Notes under the pieces: generated by a model
Told to the model about the DNA's origin: nothing
What the model saw: the letters and a program-made list of their open reading frames with translations, nothing else
Databases searched by the model: none
NCBI GenBank assembly: GCA_030248215.1
Contig: JASANG010003810.1
Span: 614,864-634,863, forward strand
Reading direction: 5' to 3'
Length of the DNA: 20,000 bases
Origin: Enoplolaimus lenunculus
Lineage: Eukaryota
In this document: in pieces, positions 19,472 through 20,000 of the stretch
Layout of the letters: the number at the start of each line of letters is the position of its first letter
Position numbering within the stretch: the stretch's first letter is position 1
Made by a program: the position numbers and the translations under genes

Positions 19472-19583
19472 GCTAAGGCTAAGCCTTAGCCTAAGCCTAA
19501 GCACAAAAATATAGTCTAGAATGTAAGCGTACTCTTTGAAAGACTCACCAGAAACCGAGACGGTCCTATAAGTAACGCGGGCC
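19472..19583 (-). mobile_element. Family B' half element (GCCTAA on +)
   Basis: gctaaggctaagccttagcctaagcctaagcacaaaaa...tctagaat...caccagaaacc...aagtaacgcgggcc is the reverse complement of the left part of 13839-14048. Confidence 0.75.
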
Positions 19584-19639
19584 GTATCGCTTGTCATAGT
19601 GCATTTTGCAATAGATTAGGCATTATACTATTTTGTACG

Positions 19640-19703
19640 TAGGCTTAGGCTTTGGATAGGAATATGCTTAGGATACTGTTACGCCCCTAAAGTAACACTG
19701 GTC
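19640..19703 (+). mobile_element. Family B' terminal fragment (opposite end, TTAGGC on +)
   Basis: taggcttagg...ggaatatgcttag..tactgttacgcccctaaagtaacactggtc matches the right end of 13839-14048. Confidence 0.7.
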
Positions 19704-20000
19704 AAGATGTATACGAAATTAAAAATGAAGTTTTGAAACACCCCTGTTTTCAATGGTATCACTACAATTCGTCGCTCGATAACTCGTCGACCGACCAAAT
19801 GTAATTCGAAATTTCATCGACTCGACAATTTGTTTCGCATCATTATACGCTTAGGATTACGCTTAGATTTATTCAACGGCTTTTTACGTCACTGTTGAGC
19901 GACAAGTTGTCGGGCGACACAATTGTCGTAGATTCGTTTTCAATAAAACTCTGGCGTTCCAGTGATATCAGAAAACATATTTTCTAAATTTCTGTCAAAA

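Noticed and set aside
19770..19929. Cluster of TCGAC / CGACAA-TTGTCG palindromes
   Set aside because: Probably subterminal repeats of another decayed element. There is no second copy or terminus in the window to support a call.

Overview
AT-rich eukaryotic genomic DNA, most likely from a nematode (abundant TTAGGC hexamers, the canonical nematode telomere repeat). The only supportable gene is the 5' part of a cholecystokinin/sulfakinin-receptor-like rhodopsin-family GPCR on the + strand: coding exons at 16810-17302 and 18811-19272 (TM1-TM5 and the start of ICL3), with the rest beyond the window. The ~16.8 kb upstream and both introns are a dense mosaic of short non-autonomous DNA transposons (MITEs), with no transposase ORF. 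Family A is ~250 bp with CACTG termini, 2-bp target-site duplications (TSDs) and TGAGTTGA internal repeats (11 near-complete copies, 3 fragments). Family B has GGCC-terminal TIRs, 8-bp TSDs and a core of telomeric TTAGGC repeats (12 copies or fragments). There are also several CAG-ended hAT-like MITEs. Main findings: (1) family B disperses telomere repeats, one copy has expanded into a 34-hexamer interstitial telomeric array inside an intact TIR/TSD frame, and another has amplified a 36-37-bp telomere-variant unit; (2) a G-rich minisatellite is built from the GPCR exon-1 splice donor itself, giving 18 downstream donor copies behind an in-frame stop; (3) a 102-bp inverted duplication interrupts one MITE; (4) the symmetric, stop-free exon 2 is flanked by inverted MITE pairs. 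All alignments were made by eye, and superfamily assignments are inferences from termini and TSD length.
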